DNA of 64,000 nucleotides from Alphaproteobacteria bacterium (GTDB taxonomy: Bacteria; Pseudomonadota; Alphaproteobacteria; CADEGL01), in contig JAPLOM010000011.1 in assembly GCA_026400755.1 (NCBI GenBank), positions 135,501 to 199,500 of the forward strand, read 5' to 3'. The position numbers and the translations under genes are program-made. Below the pieces are notes generated by a model. It saw only the letters and a program-made list of their open reading frames with translations, ran no database searches and was not told the origin of the DNA. Shown here piece by piece: positions 28,240 through 38,615 of this stretch. Numbering within the stretch: the stretch's first letter is position 1; each line of letters starts with the position of its first letter.

Positions 28240-28685
28240 TCGAATGGCTGACCAGCGTCTATCCGTGGCTCAAGGCCCTGCACATCATCAGCGTCATCTC
28301 TTGGATGGCTGGGTTGCTCTATCTGCCGCGTCTGTTCGCCTATCACGCGGCGGCCACACCGGGTGGCGAAGCGTCCAAAACCTTCAAGACCATGGAGCGC
28401 CGCCTGCTGCGCGCCATCATGAATCCTGCCATGGGTGCGACCTATCTCTTCGGTATCCTACTAGCGGTGGTGCAGGGTCCGGCGCTTTGGCAAAGCGGCT
28501 GGTTCCACGCGAAGCTGCTCTTCGTGGTTGCCCTGACGGTCCTGCACCATCTGATGGCAGCGTGGCGGAAGGATTTCGCCGCCGACCGCAACCACCGCCC
28601 CGCCCGGTTTTACAAAATCATGAACGAGGTCCCGACGATTCTCATGATTGGGATTGTGATTTTTGTGGTCGTGCGCCCCTTCTAA
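28236..28685 (+). CDS. hemJ: protoporphyrinogen IX oxidase HemJ (UPF0093/CopD-like)
   Basis: An internal ATG (MIEWLTSVYPWLKALHIISVISWMAGLLYLPRLFAYH) overlaps the hemH stop (ATGA). 149 aa with four TM segments. Confidence 0.8.
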   Translation: MIEWLTSVYPWLKALHIISVISWMAGLLYLPRLFAYHAAATPGGEASKTFKTMERRLLRAIMNPAMGATYLFGILLAVVQGPALWQSGWFHAKLLFVVALTVLHHLMAAWRKDFAADRNHRPARFYKIMNEVPTILMIGIVIFVVVRPF

Positions 28686-28878
28686 GCTCAGAGGCCCTTG
28701 GCGCGCGACCTGGATTGGCCTATATTTCCTTTCGTTCCGAACCACCTACCCCTTCGCTTCGTTTAGGTCTTAGACCCGTCTGTGCGGTCCTCCCGCCTGG
28801 ACATGCCGCAGCCACACTGGCCTAGGCGGAAGCGCTTCCCTCCCCATTATTCAAGCGGCGCCAAAAGGCGGAAATGCC

Positions 28879-30165
28879 ATGAATCTCCAGTCCGCGAAGG
28901 ACAAGGGACTCTACCTCCAGGACCTCAAGAAAAAGACGCCCGCCGAGCTATTGAGCTTCGCGGAAGAGCTGAAGATCGAAAACGCGAGCAACCTGCGCAA
29001 GCAGGACATGATGTTCGCGATCCTGAAGCAGCTTGCGGATAACGAGGTTCCCATCCACGGCGATGGCGTGCTCGAGACGCTGCAGGACGGCTTCGGCTTC
29101 CTGCGCTCGCCCGAAGCCAACTATCTGCCGGGCCCCGACGACATTTACGTCTCGCCCAGCCAGGTGCGCCGCTTCGGCCTTCGCACCGGCGACACGGTCG
29201 AGGGTCAGATCCGCTCGCCCAAGGACGGCGAGCGTTACTTCGCCCTTCTCAAGGTCAACCGGATCAACTTTGGCGACTCCGAAGAGGTCCGCCATCGCAT
29301 CAACTTTGACAACCTGACGCCGCTCTATCCCGAGAAGCGTCTGAAGCTTGAGATCGAGAAGCCCACGGGCAAAGACCTGACCACGCGCGTGATCGACTTG
29401 ATCGCGCCGTTGGGCAAGGGCCAGCGCGCACTCATCGTGGCACCCCCACGCACCGGCAAGACGGTGATGCTGCAGAACATCGCGCACGCTATCTCGGCCA
29501 ACCACCCCGAGGTCTATCTGATCGTTCTTCTGATCGACGAGCGACCCGAGGAAGTCACCGACATGCAGCGTTCGGTGAAGGGCGAGGTCATCAGCTCGAC
29601 CTTCGACGAGCCGGCGACACGTCACGTCCAGGTCACCGAGATGGTGCTGGAAAAGGCCAAGCGTCTGGTCGAGCACAAGCGCGACGTGGTGATCCTGCTG
29701 GACTCGATCACGCGCCTTGCGCGCGCCTACAACACCGTCGTGCCGTCTTCGGGCAAGGTGCTGACGGGTGGTGTGGACGCGAATGCGCTGCAGCGTCCGA
29801 AACGCTTCTTCGGCGCCGCGCGCAACATCGAAGAAGGTGGCTCGCTTTCCATCATCGCGACCGCGCTGATCGATACCGGCTCGCGCATGGACGAAGTGAT
29901 CTTCGAAGAGTTCAAGGGCACTGGTAATTCGGAAATCATCCTGGACCGCAAGCTGTCCGACCGTCGCACCTGGCCCGCTATCGACATCACCCGCTCCGGC
30001 ACCCGCAAGGAAGAGCTGCTGGTGGACAAGGGTATCCTGTCCAAGATGTGGGTCTTGCGCCGTATCCTGATGCCCATGGGCGTCACGGACGCGATGGAAT
30101 TCCTGAACGACAAGTTGAAGCAGTCCAAGAACAACGCGGACTTCTTCGAAGCCATGAACACCTGA
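28879..30165 (+). CDS. rho: transcription termination factor Rho
   Basis: 428 aa. N-terminal domain plus RecA-like ATPase with Walker A PPRTGKT. Preceded by a ~190-bp leader. Confidence 0.95.
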   Translation: MNLQSAKDKGLYLQDLKKKTPAELLSFAEELKIENASNLRKQDMMFAILKQLADNEVPIHGDGVLETLQDGFGFLRSPEANYLPGPDDIYVSPSQVRRFGLRTGDTVEGQIRSPKDGERYFALLKVNRINFGDSEEVRHRINFDNLTPLYPEKRLKLEIEKPTGKDLTTRVIDLIAPLGKGQRALIVAPPRTGKTVMLQNIAHAISANHPEVYLIVLLIDERPEEVTDMQRSVKGEVISSTFDEPATRHVQVTEMVLEKAKRLVEHKRDVVILLDSITRLARAYNTVVPSSGKVLTGGVDANALQRPKRFFGAARNIEEGGSLSIIATALIDTGSRMDEVIFEEFKGTGNSEIILDRKLSDRRTWPAIDITRSGTRKEELLVDKGILSKMWVLRRILMPMGVTDAMEFLNDKLKQSKNNADFFEAMNT

Positions 30166-30190
30166 CGCGATCCGTCAGAGTCACGAAAAA

Positions 30191-30221
30191 GGGCGGGGGA
30201 GCTGGAATGGCTCCGCCGCCC
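30191..30221. terminator. GC-rich hairpin between convergent rho and qor (possible bidirectional terminator)
   Basis: GGGCGGGGGAGC-tggaatg-GCTCCGCCGCCC is flanked by AAAAA on the left and TTATCGTTTG on the right. The T-tract is good for the minus-strand gene and weaker for rho. Confidence 0.5.
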
Positions 30222-30235
30222 TTATCGTTTGTGGA

Positions 30236-31210
30236 TCATGGAATGAAGACCGTGGAGCCCGTTGTCTTGCGCGCTTCCAGGTCGCGATGCGCCTGGGCGG
30301 CGTCTTTGAGCGGATAGGTCTGGTTGACCGCGATCTTCACCGCGCCAGAGGTGACCACATCGAACAGGGCCTTGGCGCTTTCCTCCAGATCGGCGCGCGT
30401 CGCGGTATAGGCTACGAGCGAAGGCCGAGTCAGATAGAGCGAGCCCTTGGCGCCCAAGATGGCCGGTGAGAACGAGGCCACGGGACCGGAGGCGTTGCCA
30501 AAACTGACCATAAGCCCGCGGGGACGCAGGCAGTCCAACGACCCTTCGAACGTGTCCTTGCCGATGGAATCGTAAACCACGGGCACGCCGGCGCCGCCGG
30601 TAATCTCTCTCACCTGCTTGGCGAAATCTTCGCGCGTGTAGACAATCGTGTGATCGCAGCCATGGGCCTTGGCCAACTTGGCCTTCTCGTCGGAGCCGAC
30701 CGTGCCGATGACGGTTGCGCCGAGATGCTTGGCCCATTGGCAGAAGATCAGGCCAATCCCGCCGGCCGCGGCATGGATCACGACTGTGTCGCCGCGTTTG
30801 ACCGGATAGGTGCGCCGGACCAAGTACTCGACCGTCATGCCTTGCAGCATCATGGCGGCGGCTTGCTGGTCCGTGATCGCGTCGGGCACGCGCACGACGC
30901 GCTCTGCCGCGATCAGGCGTGCCTCCGCATAGGCGCCGACAGGAGCCGAGGCATAAGCGACGCGGTCGCCGGGCTTGAGGCTGGTGACGCCCGGGCCGAC
31001 GGCCTCCACGGTTCCCGCCCCTTCCATACCGATCACGCTTGGATAGGTCAGCGGGTAAAGACCGGTGCGGTGATAGACGTCGATGTAGTTAAGGCCGACC
31101 GCGCCGTGGCGCACGAGGATCTGGCCGGCGCCCGGCTTGTCGAGCGCGACCTCTTCCCAGGTCAGCGCTTCTGGCCCGCCGGCTTTGTGGATTCGGATCG
31201 CCTTTACCAT
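30236..31210 (-). CDS. qor: NADPH:quinone oxidoreductase (zinc-free MDR family)
   Basis: An internal ATG (MVKAIRIHKAGGPEAL...) and the nucleotide-binding motif AAAGGIG. 324 aa. Confidence 0.8.
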   Translation of the reverse strand: MVKAIRIHKAGGPEALTWEEVALDKPGAGQILVRHGAVGLNYIDVYHRTGLYPLTYPSVIGMEGAGTVEAVGPGVTSLKPGDRVAYASAPVGAYAEARLIAAERVVRVPDAITDQQAAAMMLQGMTVEYLVRRTYPVKRGDTVVIHAAAGGIGLIFCQWAKHLGATVIGTVGSDEKAKLAKAHGCDHTIVYTREDFAKQVREITGGAGVPVVYDSIGKDTFEGSLDCLRPRGLMVSFGNASGPVASFSPAILGAKGSLYLTRPSLVAYTATRADLEESAKALFDVVTSGAVKIAVNQTYPLKDAAQAHRDLEARKTTGSTVFIP

Positions 31211-31278
31211 CGTGCTTTCCCTTTCGTGGCGGACACGGTCACCGACGTCATCTCGGATGTGGGACCGGGCCGGACAAG

Positions 31279-31974
31279 CTAGGCCAGGTGTTTCCGGAAG
31301 AATTCCGCCGAACGCGTGTTGGCTAGATCGGCCGACGTTTTGTCGTAGTGCTTGCCGCCCGTGCGGGCGAAGGCATGTTCCTGACCCACGTAGGTATGGA
31401 TGGTCATATGGGGATGGCCCTGCAGCGCGGTTTTGATCTGCGCCTGTGCGTCGGGCGGCACGAAGGAATCCTTCTCCGCGATGTGCAGCATGGTCGGTTT
31501 CTTGATGTTTTTGGCCTCGTCCAAATTGTTCTGAATGCCGACGCCGTAAAAACTGACGTCGCAGTCGGTGTCCGAGCGCGCGGCCATCAGATAGACCAGG
31601 CGGCCGCCCAGGCAGTAGCCGACAGTGCCGGCCTTGCCGGTGCAACCCTTGATCCCGCGCAGATGTGCGAGCGAGGCCTTGAGGTCGGAGATGCCCTTGG
31701 CCTCATCGAAGCCTTTGAAGAACTCGAAGGCGCGCGCCCATTCGCCATCCGTCTGGTCGGTCAACTGAACGCCGGGTTCCTGCCGCCAGAAAATGTCCGG
31801 GCACAGCGCGAAATAGCCTTGTGAGGCTAGGCCGTCGGAAATCTGCCGCATCACTTTGTTGACGCCAAAGATCTCCTGGATAACGAGAACGCCCGCGCCC
31901 TTGCCCGATTTGGGTTCCGCCAGATAGGCGGAAAAGCTGCCACCGTCCGCGGCCTTGATCGTGATGTCGGGCAT
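31279..31974 (-). CDS. dienelactone hydrolase family protein
   Basis: An internal ATG (MPDITIKAADGG...). The DLH fold includes a nucleophile elbow region GYCLGG. Confidence 0.8.
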   Translation of the reverse strand: MPDITIKAADGGSFSAYLAEPKSGKGAGVLVIQEIFGVNKVMRQISDGLASQGYFALCPDIFWRQEPGVQLTDQTDGEWARAFEFFKGFDEAKGISDLKASLAHLRGIKGCTGKAGTVGYCLGGRLVYLMAARSDTDCDVSFYGVGIQNNLDEAKNIKKPTMLHIAEKDSFVPPDAQAQIKTALQGHPHMTIHTYVGQEHAFARTGGKHYDKTSADLANTRSAEFFRKHLA

Positions 31975-32052
31975 GATTCGCTCCCTACGTTTGTATCGGC
32001 GGGGGCGAAGGGTAGCCCGCACCCATGACGATTGTCACGCCGCGCGAGCGCG

Positions 32053-32514
32053 TCAGAACGGCAACGACGGGCCGATGATTCCTTCCAGCTCGAGCAAGCG
32101 ACGCTTCGTCTCGACGCCACCCGGTGCGCTGAAGCCGCCCATGCCGCCGCCGGCGGCGAGAATCCGATGGCAAGGAATGATGATGGGAATAGGATTGGCG
32201 CCGCAAGCACCGCCGACCGCGCGAGCGACCCCATTCACGCGCGCCGCGAGATCACCGTAGGTCAACGTGCGGCCATAGGGAATTCGGGTCAGCTCTGCCC
32301 AGACCGCGCGTTCGAAGTCACTGCCCTTGGGTGCCACGGGCAAGTCGAATGTCTGGAGGCGGCCCGCGAAATAATCCGTGAGCTGAGTGCGGGCGGCGTC
32401 GAGCAACGGCGAGGAATCATTCGCACCCTTTCCCCAGCGCAGGCGAACGATCGCGCCGCTTTCCTCGAATGCCGCGAGCAGACCGAGCGGCGAAGGAATC
32501 GTGACCGAGGACAT
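32053..32514 (-). CDS. ogt: methylated-DNA--protein-cysteine methyltransferase
   Basis: An internal ATG (MSSVTIPSPLGLL...) and the active-site PCHRI motif. The start overlaps the upstream gene's stop (ATGA). Confidence 0.85.
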   Translation of the reverse strand: MSSVTIPSPLGLLAAFEESGAIVRLRWGKGANDSSPLLDAARTQLTDYFAGRLQTFDLPVAPKGSDFERAVWAELTRIPYGRTLTYGDLAARVNGVARAVGGACGANPIPIIIPCHRILAAGGGMGGFSAPGGVETKRRLLELEGIIGPSLPF

Positions 32515-34532
32515 CAACGCGCCTGCAGGTTCTCGCGCAATGCCGCCGCATCGGTGATCGGCAACGAACAGACCGGGCCACGGCAGACATAGGCGGCCGC
32601 GTGCCCATCGGCGCGGCCTTTGCCGAAGGCCGGATGGGCGACGGAAAACCCGTCCGTGTTCTCCACCACCTGCACCACCTTGTCCGGCAGCGAAACGTCG
32701 TGGATGGCACGCAACATCGTGCGGACGGACTCCTCGTCGCGCCGGCCGACCAGGATGATCTGTATTCCCTCGCTTAGGAAGGCATGGGCATTGAGGAGCG
32801 TCGACAGGCCAAAGACGTTTCGTTCCAGTTCGCCCGAGACGGCCTGAACCAGAGCCTCGGCGCGCGTGCGATAGGCGCCCTTCCCCGTCAGATAGAATAA
32901 CCGCGCCAGAACACCGACCATGGTGCCGTTGCCAGAAGGCACGGCTTGGTCGTGGACTTGTTTGGTGCGCGTGATCACGTCCTTGGTGTCGTCGGCGGTG
33001 AAGAAATAGGCGCCACCTTTCGCGTCCACATAGTGACGCTCGATGGTGGCCATCCATGTTTCGGCCTGTGCGAGATAGCCGCCCTCACCCGTGGCTTCGA
33101 ACAGCGCTAGGGCGGCGCGCGCCATGTTGGCATGATCATCGAGCGTGGCTGGGTGACGCGCATGGCCGCCGCTCCAGCTGTGACGCAGCCGATCTCCCTC
33201 GCCCATCCGCGTTTGGATGAACATGAACGCCGCACGCGCAGCGTCGAGCCACTCTGGTTGATCGAAGATGGCGCTCGCGTTGGCGAGTGCCGCGATCATC
33301 AAGCCGTTCCAGTCGGCCAAAATCTTGTCGTCGAGGCCTGGCCGTATGCGCGGGGCGCGTGCGTCGAACAAGATCGCACGCGCAGTCGCTAACTGCGTCT
33401 CATACGCTTCGTCGCCCAACGCTGGTTTCAGGCGGCGGTTGAGGATGGTGTAGCCTTCCCAATTGCCGCGCGGCGTTACGTCGTATGCCGCCTTGAATTC
33501 CGTGGCGGCCGCACCGAGCAAGCGGTCGATTTCCGCTTCCGTCCAAACGTAGAACTTTCCCTCCTCGCCTTCGCTATCGGCATCGAGCGAGCTGAAGATG
33601 CCGCCTTCTGAATGCCGCATCTCGCGCAGAACCCATCCTACGGTCTCGGCCACGCGCGTGCGGTAGAGCGGATCGCGTGTCTCCTGCCAGACCACCGTCA
33701 GTAGGTCGATCAGAAGCGCGTTGTCGTAGAGCATTTTCTCGAAGTGCGGCACGAGCCACTCGGCATCGACGGCATAGCGTGCGAAGCCGCCGCCTAGATG
33801 GTCATAGATGCCGCCCTGCGACATGCGATCGAGAGTCAAGGTGACGGCATGTTTGAGCTTTTGGTCACCGGTTTTCAGATAGGCCCGCCAGAGCAACTCG
33901 AATGCCGGTGATTGCGGGAATTTGGGTGCGCCGCCGAAACCGCCCTGCTCTTTGTCGACGGCCTCGACCAGATGTTTCGCGACTTCGACGGGCGCGTTCG
34001 GCACAAGAGCGCCGCCAGGCGCCGGCTGCGATAGTTTTTCGAGCGCACCCTTGAGCGCGAGAACGCTTTGCCGCACCGCTTCCGGCTTCGCGCGATAAGA
34101 CTCGAAGACACGGCGCAGCACATCGGGAAACCCCGCACGGCCATAGCGCGGCTCAGGCGGAAAATATGTGCCGCCCCAAAACGGCTCACCCTTCGGCGTG
34201 AGAAACATGGTGAGTGGCCAGCCGCCATGCTCGCCGAGAAATGAGAGCGCGGCCTGATAGATGACATCGAGATCAGGACGCTCTTCGCGGTCGACCTTGA
34301 TGTTGACGAACAGCTCGTTCATCAGCGCCGCGGTTTTCTCGTCCTCGAAGCTTTCATGGGCCATGACGTGGCACCAGTGGCAGGCCGCGTATCCAACCGA
34401 GAGGAGGATGGGTTTGTTCGCCTCCGCCGCTTCGGCCAGCGCGGCTTCGCTCCAGGGCCGCCAATGGACGGGGTTATCCTGGTGCTGGCGCAGATAGGGG
34501 CTGGTCTCGTGACGGAGGAGGTTTTCTGTCAT
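32514..34532 (-). CDS. thioredoxin-domain protein (DUF255 / YyaL-like, N-acylglucosamine-epimerase-like C-domain)
   Basis: MTENLLRHETSPYLRQH...PILLSVGYAACHWCHVMAHESF (CxxC-type motif). Roughly 672 aa. Confidence 0.8.
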   Translation of the reverse strand: MTENLLRHETSPYLRQHQDNPVHWRPWSEAALAEAAEANKPILLSVGYAACHWCHVMAHESFEDEKTAALMNELFVNIKVDREERPDLDVIYQAALSFLGEHGGWPLTMFLTPKGEPFWGGTYFPPEPRYGRAGFPDVLRRVFESYRAKPEAVRQSVLALKGALEKLSQPAPGGALVPNAPVEVAKHLVEAVDKEQGGFGGAPKFPQSPAFELLWRAYLKTGDQKLKHAVTLTLDRMSQGGIYDHLGGGFARYAVDAEWLVPHFEKMLYDNALLIDLLTVVWQETRDPLYRTRVAETVGWVLREMRHSEGGIFSSLDADSEGEEGKFYVWTEAEIDRLLGAAATEFKAAYDVTPRGNWEGYTILNRRLKPALGDEAYETQLATARAILFDARAPRIRPGLDDKILADWNGLMIAALANASAIFDQPEWLDAARAAFMFIQTRMGEGDRLRHSWSGGHARHPATLDDHANMARAALALFEATGEGGYLAQAETWMATIERHYVDAKGGAYFFTADDTKDVITRTKQVHDQAVPSGNGTMVGVLARLFYLTGKGAYRTRAEALVQAVSGELERNVFGLSTLLNAHAFLSEGIQIILVGRRDEESVRTMLRAIHDVSLPDKVVQVVENTDGFSVAHPAFGKGRADGHAAAYVCRGPVCSLPITDAAALRENLQAR

Positions 34533-34688
34533 GCGGCGTCCGTTCGTGCGGCCGGGTACGGACGTGGTCCTGCACACCGACGGTGGATGAGGTGTCAAAC
34601 GACGGAGGCGCCGTTGCGGCCTCGGTGGGCTTGGCCTAGTTTGGCGCTCGAATCCCCGCAAACATAGGCGCGAATCGGGAGATCGGCC

Positions 34689-34937
34689 ATGAAGGTCCGC
34701 ATCGATATCGATTGCTCCCCGGAAGAGGCGCGCGCCTTCCTCGGCCTGCCTGACGTGAAGCCGATGCAGGACGCGATGATGGCGAAGATGAAGGACGAGA
34801 TGCTGCGCCATCTGTCCGCGATGGATCCGGAGACCATGTTCAAGACATGGTTCCCGACCGGGACCAAAGGGCTTGAGGAATTGCAGCAGCGGTTCTGGAC
34901 GGAATTCTCGAAAGGCTTTGGGAGCGGCAAGACGTGA
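34689..34937 (+). CDS. small conserved hypothetical protein (82 aa)
   Basis: High-GC coding ORF with a 4-bp ATGA overlap to the downstream ferredoxin gene. Confidence 0.5.
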   Translation: MKVRIDIDCSPEEARAFLGLPDVKPMQDAMMAKMKDEMLRHLSAMDPETMFKTWFPTGTKGLEELQQRFWTEFSKGFGSGKT

Positions 34938-35299
34938 GCGAAGAGAACAATACGGATGACCCGGCGCCCTATTATCGCCGGCATGTTTTCATGTGCACCA
35001 ATCACCGCCCCGACGGCGATCCCCGTGGCTGCTGCGCGGCCAAGGACGCCGAGAAGCTGCGTAGTTATCTGAAGAACCAAGCCAAGAAGTTCGGTCTGGA
35101 CGACATGCGCATCAATGGCGCGGGTTGCCTCGACCGGTGCGAGCTGGGACCGGCCATGGTGATCTATCCGGAAGGCGTCTGGTACACCTACAAGGACAGG
35201 GCCGACCTGGACGAAATCCTGACGGTTCACCTGAAGGACGGCAAACGCGTCACGCGCTTGCAGCTTCGTCCGGGCGACGACCCGCCGAAGGCGAAATAG
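34934..35299 (+). CDS. thioredoxin-like [2Fe-2S] ferredoxin
   Basis: Four Cys in a characteristic arrangement: CTNHRPDGDPRGCCAA...GCLDRC. 121 aa. Confidence 0.75.
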   Translation: MSEENNTDDPAPYYRRHVFMCTNHRPDGDPRGCCAAKDAEKLRSYLKNQAKKFGLDDMRINGAGCLDRCELGPAMVIYPEGVWYTYKDRADLDEILTVHLKDGKRVTRLQLRPGDDPPKAK

Positions 35300-35313
35300 A
35301 TATCTAAATCATA

Positions 35314-36648
35314 GTGTTGCGCGATAGCGACACGATCTTTGCGCTCTCCAGCGGCGCCGGCAAGGCTGGCATCGCGGTGATCCGCGTCTCGGGTCCTGGC
35401 GCCGCCAAGGCCCTTCAACTCCTGACGGGAAAGCCCCTGCCGCCCGAACGTCGCGCGGCCCTGTGCGCCCTCTCCGATGCCCAGGGCGAGCTGATCGACC
35501 GCGCCTTGGTCCTCTGGTTTCCCGGCCCGCGCAGCGAAACCGGCGAAGACGTCGCGGAGTTCCATGTCCATGGCGGCCGCGCGGTGGTCGCAGCCGTCTT
35601 CGAGGCGCTGAGCCGGCAGGATCGCACCCGTCTGGCGGAGGCGGGTGAGTTTGCCCGCCGCGCCTTCCAGAACGGCAAGCTCGATCTGACTGCGGTCGAG
35701 GGTCTGGCCGATCTGGTGGATGCCGAGACCGCGGTTCAGCGCCGCCTGGCGCTTCGGCAGATGGATGGCGCGCTCGCGCATCTCTACGAGGGTTGGCGCG
35801 CCCGCCTGTTGCGCGCCTCGGCCCTGATCGAAGCCCATATCGACTTTTCCGAGGATGGGGTGGGTGATTCGGTCATCGCCGAATCCCTGTCCCAACTGTC
35901 CCAACTCGCGCAAGATTTGCGGACCCATTTGACGGAAGGGCGCCGCGGAGAGGCCGTCCGGGACGGCATCGAAGTCGTAATCCTGGGCGCGCCGAACGTG
36001 GGGAAATCGAGCCTTATCAATGCTCTGTCCCGGCGTGATACAGCCATCGTCACGCCTATCCCGGGCACAACGCGTGATGTCATCGAGGTCCGGCTGGATC
36101 TGGACGGCTGGCCGGTCCTGCTGGCGGATACGGCGGGCCTGCGTGAGTCGGATGATCCGATTGAAAAAGAGGGAATTCGCCGGGCCCAGGCTCGGGCGGT
36201 GCGTGCCATGCTCAAGCTGGTCGTTTTCGATGCGACGGCCCTGCCCGCTCTCGACCCAGCCTCCCGGCGCTTGTTGGATGACCGCAGCTTGGCCCTTTTC
36301 AACAAGACCGATCTGTCCGGAAACGCACCGTTGGAGGTCGATGGGGCGCCGGCCCTCTCCGTCTCAGCTCTATGTGAGATCGGCTTGAGCGAGGTCCGAT
36401 CTTGGCTTTCGACACGGCTGGCTGGATGCGTCGGCGCGCTGGACGCCCCTGTCTTTACGCGCGAGCGGCACCGTCAGGCGTTGGAGGGCTGCCTCCAGGC
36501 CGTCGAGGCCTGCGCTGCTGGTGAGTCCCCAGAACTTTTAGCCGAGAATTGCCGCCACGCTGCCTTCGCATTGGGCCGAATCACGGGATCCATCGGGGTC
36601 GAGGATCTGTTGGACGTGATTTTCAAGGACTTTTGTATCGGCAAATAA
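35314..36648 (+). CDS. mnmE: tRNA modification GTPase MnmE
   Basis: 444 aa with an N-terminal THF-binding domain, G-domain motifs GAPNVGKSSL and DTAGLRE, and the C-terminal tail FCIGK. Confidence 0.95.
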   Translation: MLRDSDTIFALSSGAGKAGIAVIRVSGPGAAKALQLLTGKPLPPERRAALCALSDAQGELIDRALVLWFPGPRSETGEDVAEFHVHGGRAVVAAVFEALSRQDRTRLAEAGEFARRAFQNGKLDLTAVEGLADLVDAETAVQRRLALRQMDGALAHLYEGWRARLLRASALIEAHIDFSEDGVGDSVIAESLSQLSQLAQDLRTHLTEGRRGEAVRDGIEVVILGAPNVGKSSLINALSRRDTAIVTPIPGTTRDVIEVRLDLDGWPVLLADTAGLRESDDPIEKEGIRRAQARAVRAMLKLVVFDATALPALDPASRRLLDDRSLALFNKTDLSGNAPLEVDGAPALSVSALCEIGLSEVRSWLSTRLAGCVGALDAPVFTRERHRQALEGCLQAVEACAAGESPELLAENCRHAAFALGRITGSIGVEDLLDVIFKDFCIGK

Positions 36649-36664
36649 TGTTTCACGTGAAACA
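36649..36664. promoter_or_regulatory. parS centromere-like site 1 (perfect TGTTTCACGTGAAACA)
   Basis: The exact 16-bp parS consensus palindrome lies immediately after the mnmE stop. The extended 18-bp palindrome ATGTTTCACGTGAAACAT spans 36648-36665. Confidence 0.8.
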
Positions 36665-36678
36665 TTAGCCTTTCCTCA

Positions 36679-36694
36679 TGTTTCACGTGAAACA
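36679..36694. promoter_or_regulatory. parS centromere-like site 2 (perfect TGTTTCACGTGAAACA)
   Basis: Second exact copy, 30 bp downstream of site 1, also inside an 18-bp palindrome ATGTTTCACGTGAAACAT. Confidence 0.8.
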
Positions 36695-36743
36695 TTGCGT
36701 CCAGTTGCTTTACAGATTCCAGCCCCTGCCGTAAATTTAAGCC

Positions 36744-38615
36744 ATGCGAAATTACGACGTGATCGTTGTCGGCGGTGGACATGCCGGCTGCGAGGCAGCC
36801 GCCGCCTCTGCGCGGTTCGGCGCGCGCACCGCATTGATCACCCATGACGCTGAAAAGATTGGAGAAATGTCTTGTAATCCCGCGATTGGCGGGTTGGCGA
36901 AGGGGCAACTCGTCCGCGAGATTGACGCGCTAGATGGCCTGATGGGCCAAGCCATCGATCAGGCCGGCATCCAGTTCCGCATGTTGAACCAAAGCAAGGG
37001 CCTCGCCGTCCGAGGCCCCCGGGCGCAGGCGGATCGAAAGCTCTATAAAGCCGCGATTCAAACCTTGCTCGCTGGGCAACCCGGTCTAGAGGTCATCGAA
37101 GGTGCAGTAGAAGACTTGCTGGTCTCCGATGGCCGCGTTGTTGGCGTGGTTCTGGGCGATGGGCGGGAAATTGGCGCCCCCGGGGTCGTCTTGACCACCG
37201 GCACGTTCCTGAATGGGCTCATCCACATTGGATCGGAAAAAATTCCTTCCGGCCGTATGGACGAAGCCCCGAGCCGCGGCCTGTCCCTGACCCTTAACCG
37301 CCATGGCTTTCCGCTCGGCCGCCTTAAGACTGGCACCCCCGCCCGCCTGGACGGTCGCACCATCGCCTGGAGCGGGTTGGTCGAGCAACCTGGGGATCAA
37401 CCGCCGCGGCCGTTCTCCTTCCTGACTGACAGTATCAAGATACCGCAGATTTCTTGTTATATCACGGAGACGACGAAAGCCACCCATGCGTTGATTCGGG
37501 CTAATTTGGGCGATTCCCCCCTATTTTCGGGCCAAATCGAGGGAAAAGGACCCCGTTACTGCCCTTCCATCGAAGACAAGGTGGTGCGCTTTCCGGACCG
37601 GCAAAATCATCAAATCTTCCTTGAACCTGAAGGGCTTGACGATCATACGGTCTATCCGAATGGGATCTCCACGTCGCTGCCGGCGCGGGTCCAATACGAG
37701 TTGATTCGCACCATTCCAGGCCTTGAATCGGCCGCTATGCTGCGCCCGGGCTACGCCATCGAGTATGATTTCGTGGATCCCCGCGCCCTTCAGCCCAGCC
37801 TGGAAACCCGCCTTCTGCCCGGGCTCTATCTAGCGGGTCAGATCAATGGCACCACCGGCTATGAAGAAGCCGGGGCGCAGGGCTTGATTGCTGGATTGAA
37901 TGCGGCCCGTGCCGCCGGTCAGGCCGCGCCCGTGATCTTCGACCGCGCCGACGGCTATTTGGGCGTGATGGTCGATGACTTGGTAACCCATGGCACTGCC
38001 GAACCCTACCGGATGTTCACCTCAAGGGCGGAATACCGTCTCCATTTGCGATCGGACAATGCGGATCGCCGTCTGACTCCCAAGGGCATTCAGGCTGGCT
38101 GCGTGGACGCCCGCCGACGCGCGTCATGGGCCGCCAAGGAAGATGCTCTGATCCGTGGTTTTGCGTTGGCGGAATCCCTGACGGCAACTCCGAACGAGTT
38201 GGCCCGTCAGGGCATCATGGTTAACCAGGACGGACAGCGACGTTCGCTAAAAGACCTGCTGGGTTATCCGGACATGGCGCGCTCGCGCGTGGCAGCGATA
38301 TGGCCTCAGCTCGCCGGCCTCCAAGAAGACGTGGTCGAGCAGATTCAAATCGAGGCGTCCTACGCTGGATATCTGAAGCGTCAGGAGGAAGACATCATCG
38401 CCTTCCGGAAAGACGAGTCACTCCATCTGCCCGGCGATCTGGACTATGCCAAGGTGGGCTCCTTGTCTGCCGAAGTTCGGGAAAAGCTGACGGAAGTTAA
38501 GCCCGCCACGCTGGGCCAGGCATCTCGTATCTCTGGCCTGACCCCGGCTGCGCTGGTTGCGCTCATGCGGCATGTAAAAAGGGACGGCGCCGGCCAGGCT
38601 CCTCTGGGCACTTGA
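36744..38615 (+). CDS. mnmG: tRNA uridine 5-carboxymethylaminomethyl modification enzyme MnmG (GidA)
   Basis: [19 protein letters not shown]... (FAD-binding); 623 aa. Confidence 0.95.
   Translation: MRNYDVIVVGGGHAGCEAAAASARFGARTALITHDAEKIGEMSCNPAIGGLAKGQLVREIDALDGLMGQAIDQAGIQFRMLNQSKGLAVRGPRAQADRKLYKAAIQTLLAGQPGLEVIEGAVEDLLVSDGRVVGVVLGDGREIGAPGVVLTTGTFLNGLIHIGSEKIPSGRMDEAPSRGLSLTLNRHGFPLGRLKTGTPARLDGRTIAWSGLVEQPGDQPPRPFSFLTDSIKIPQISCYITETTKATHALIRANLGDSPLFSGQIEGKGPRYCPSIEDKVVRFPDRQNHQIFLEPEGLDDHTVYPNGISTSLPARVQYELIRTIPGLESAAMLRPGYAIEYDFVDPRALQPSLETRLLPGLYLAGQINGTTGYEEAGAQGLIAGLNAARAAGQAAPVIFDRADGYLGVMVDDLVTHGTAEPYRMFTSRAEYRLHLRSDNADRRLTPKGIQAGCVDARRRASWAAKEDALIRGFALAESLTATPNELARQGIMVNQDGQRRSLKDLLGYPDMARSRVAAIWPQLAGLQEDVVEQIQIEASYAGYLKRQEEDIIAFRKDESLHLPGDLDYAKVGSLSAEVREKLTEVKPATLGQASRISGLTPAALVALMRHVKRDGAGQAPLGT

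Noticed and set aside
28686-28878. The rho leader as a possible riboswitch or small RNA.
   Set aside because: A long 5' UTR is expected for autoregulated rho. No recognisable riboswitch consensus was seen by eye.
34600-34660. A TCGAATCC T-loop-like string (ggcgctcgaatccccgc) that could hint at a tRNA or tmRNA fragment in the 5' region of the thioredoxin-domain gene.
   Set aside because: No complementary T-stem, acceptor stem or anticodon arm could be folded around it. It is an isolated 8-mer match.
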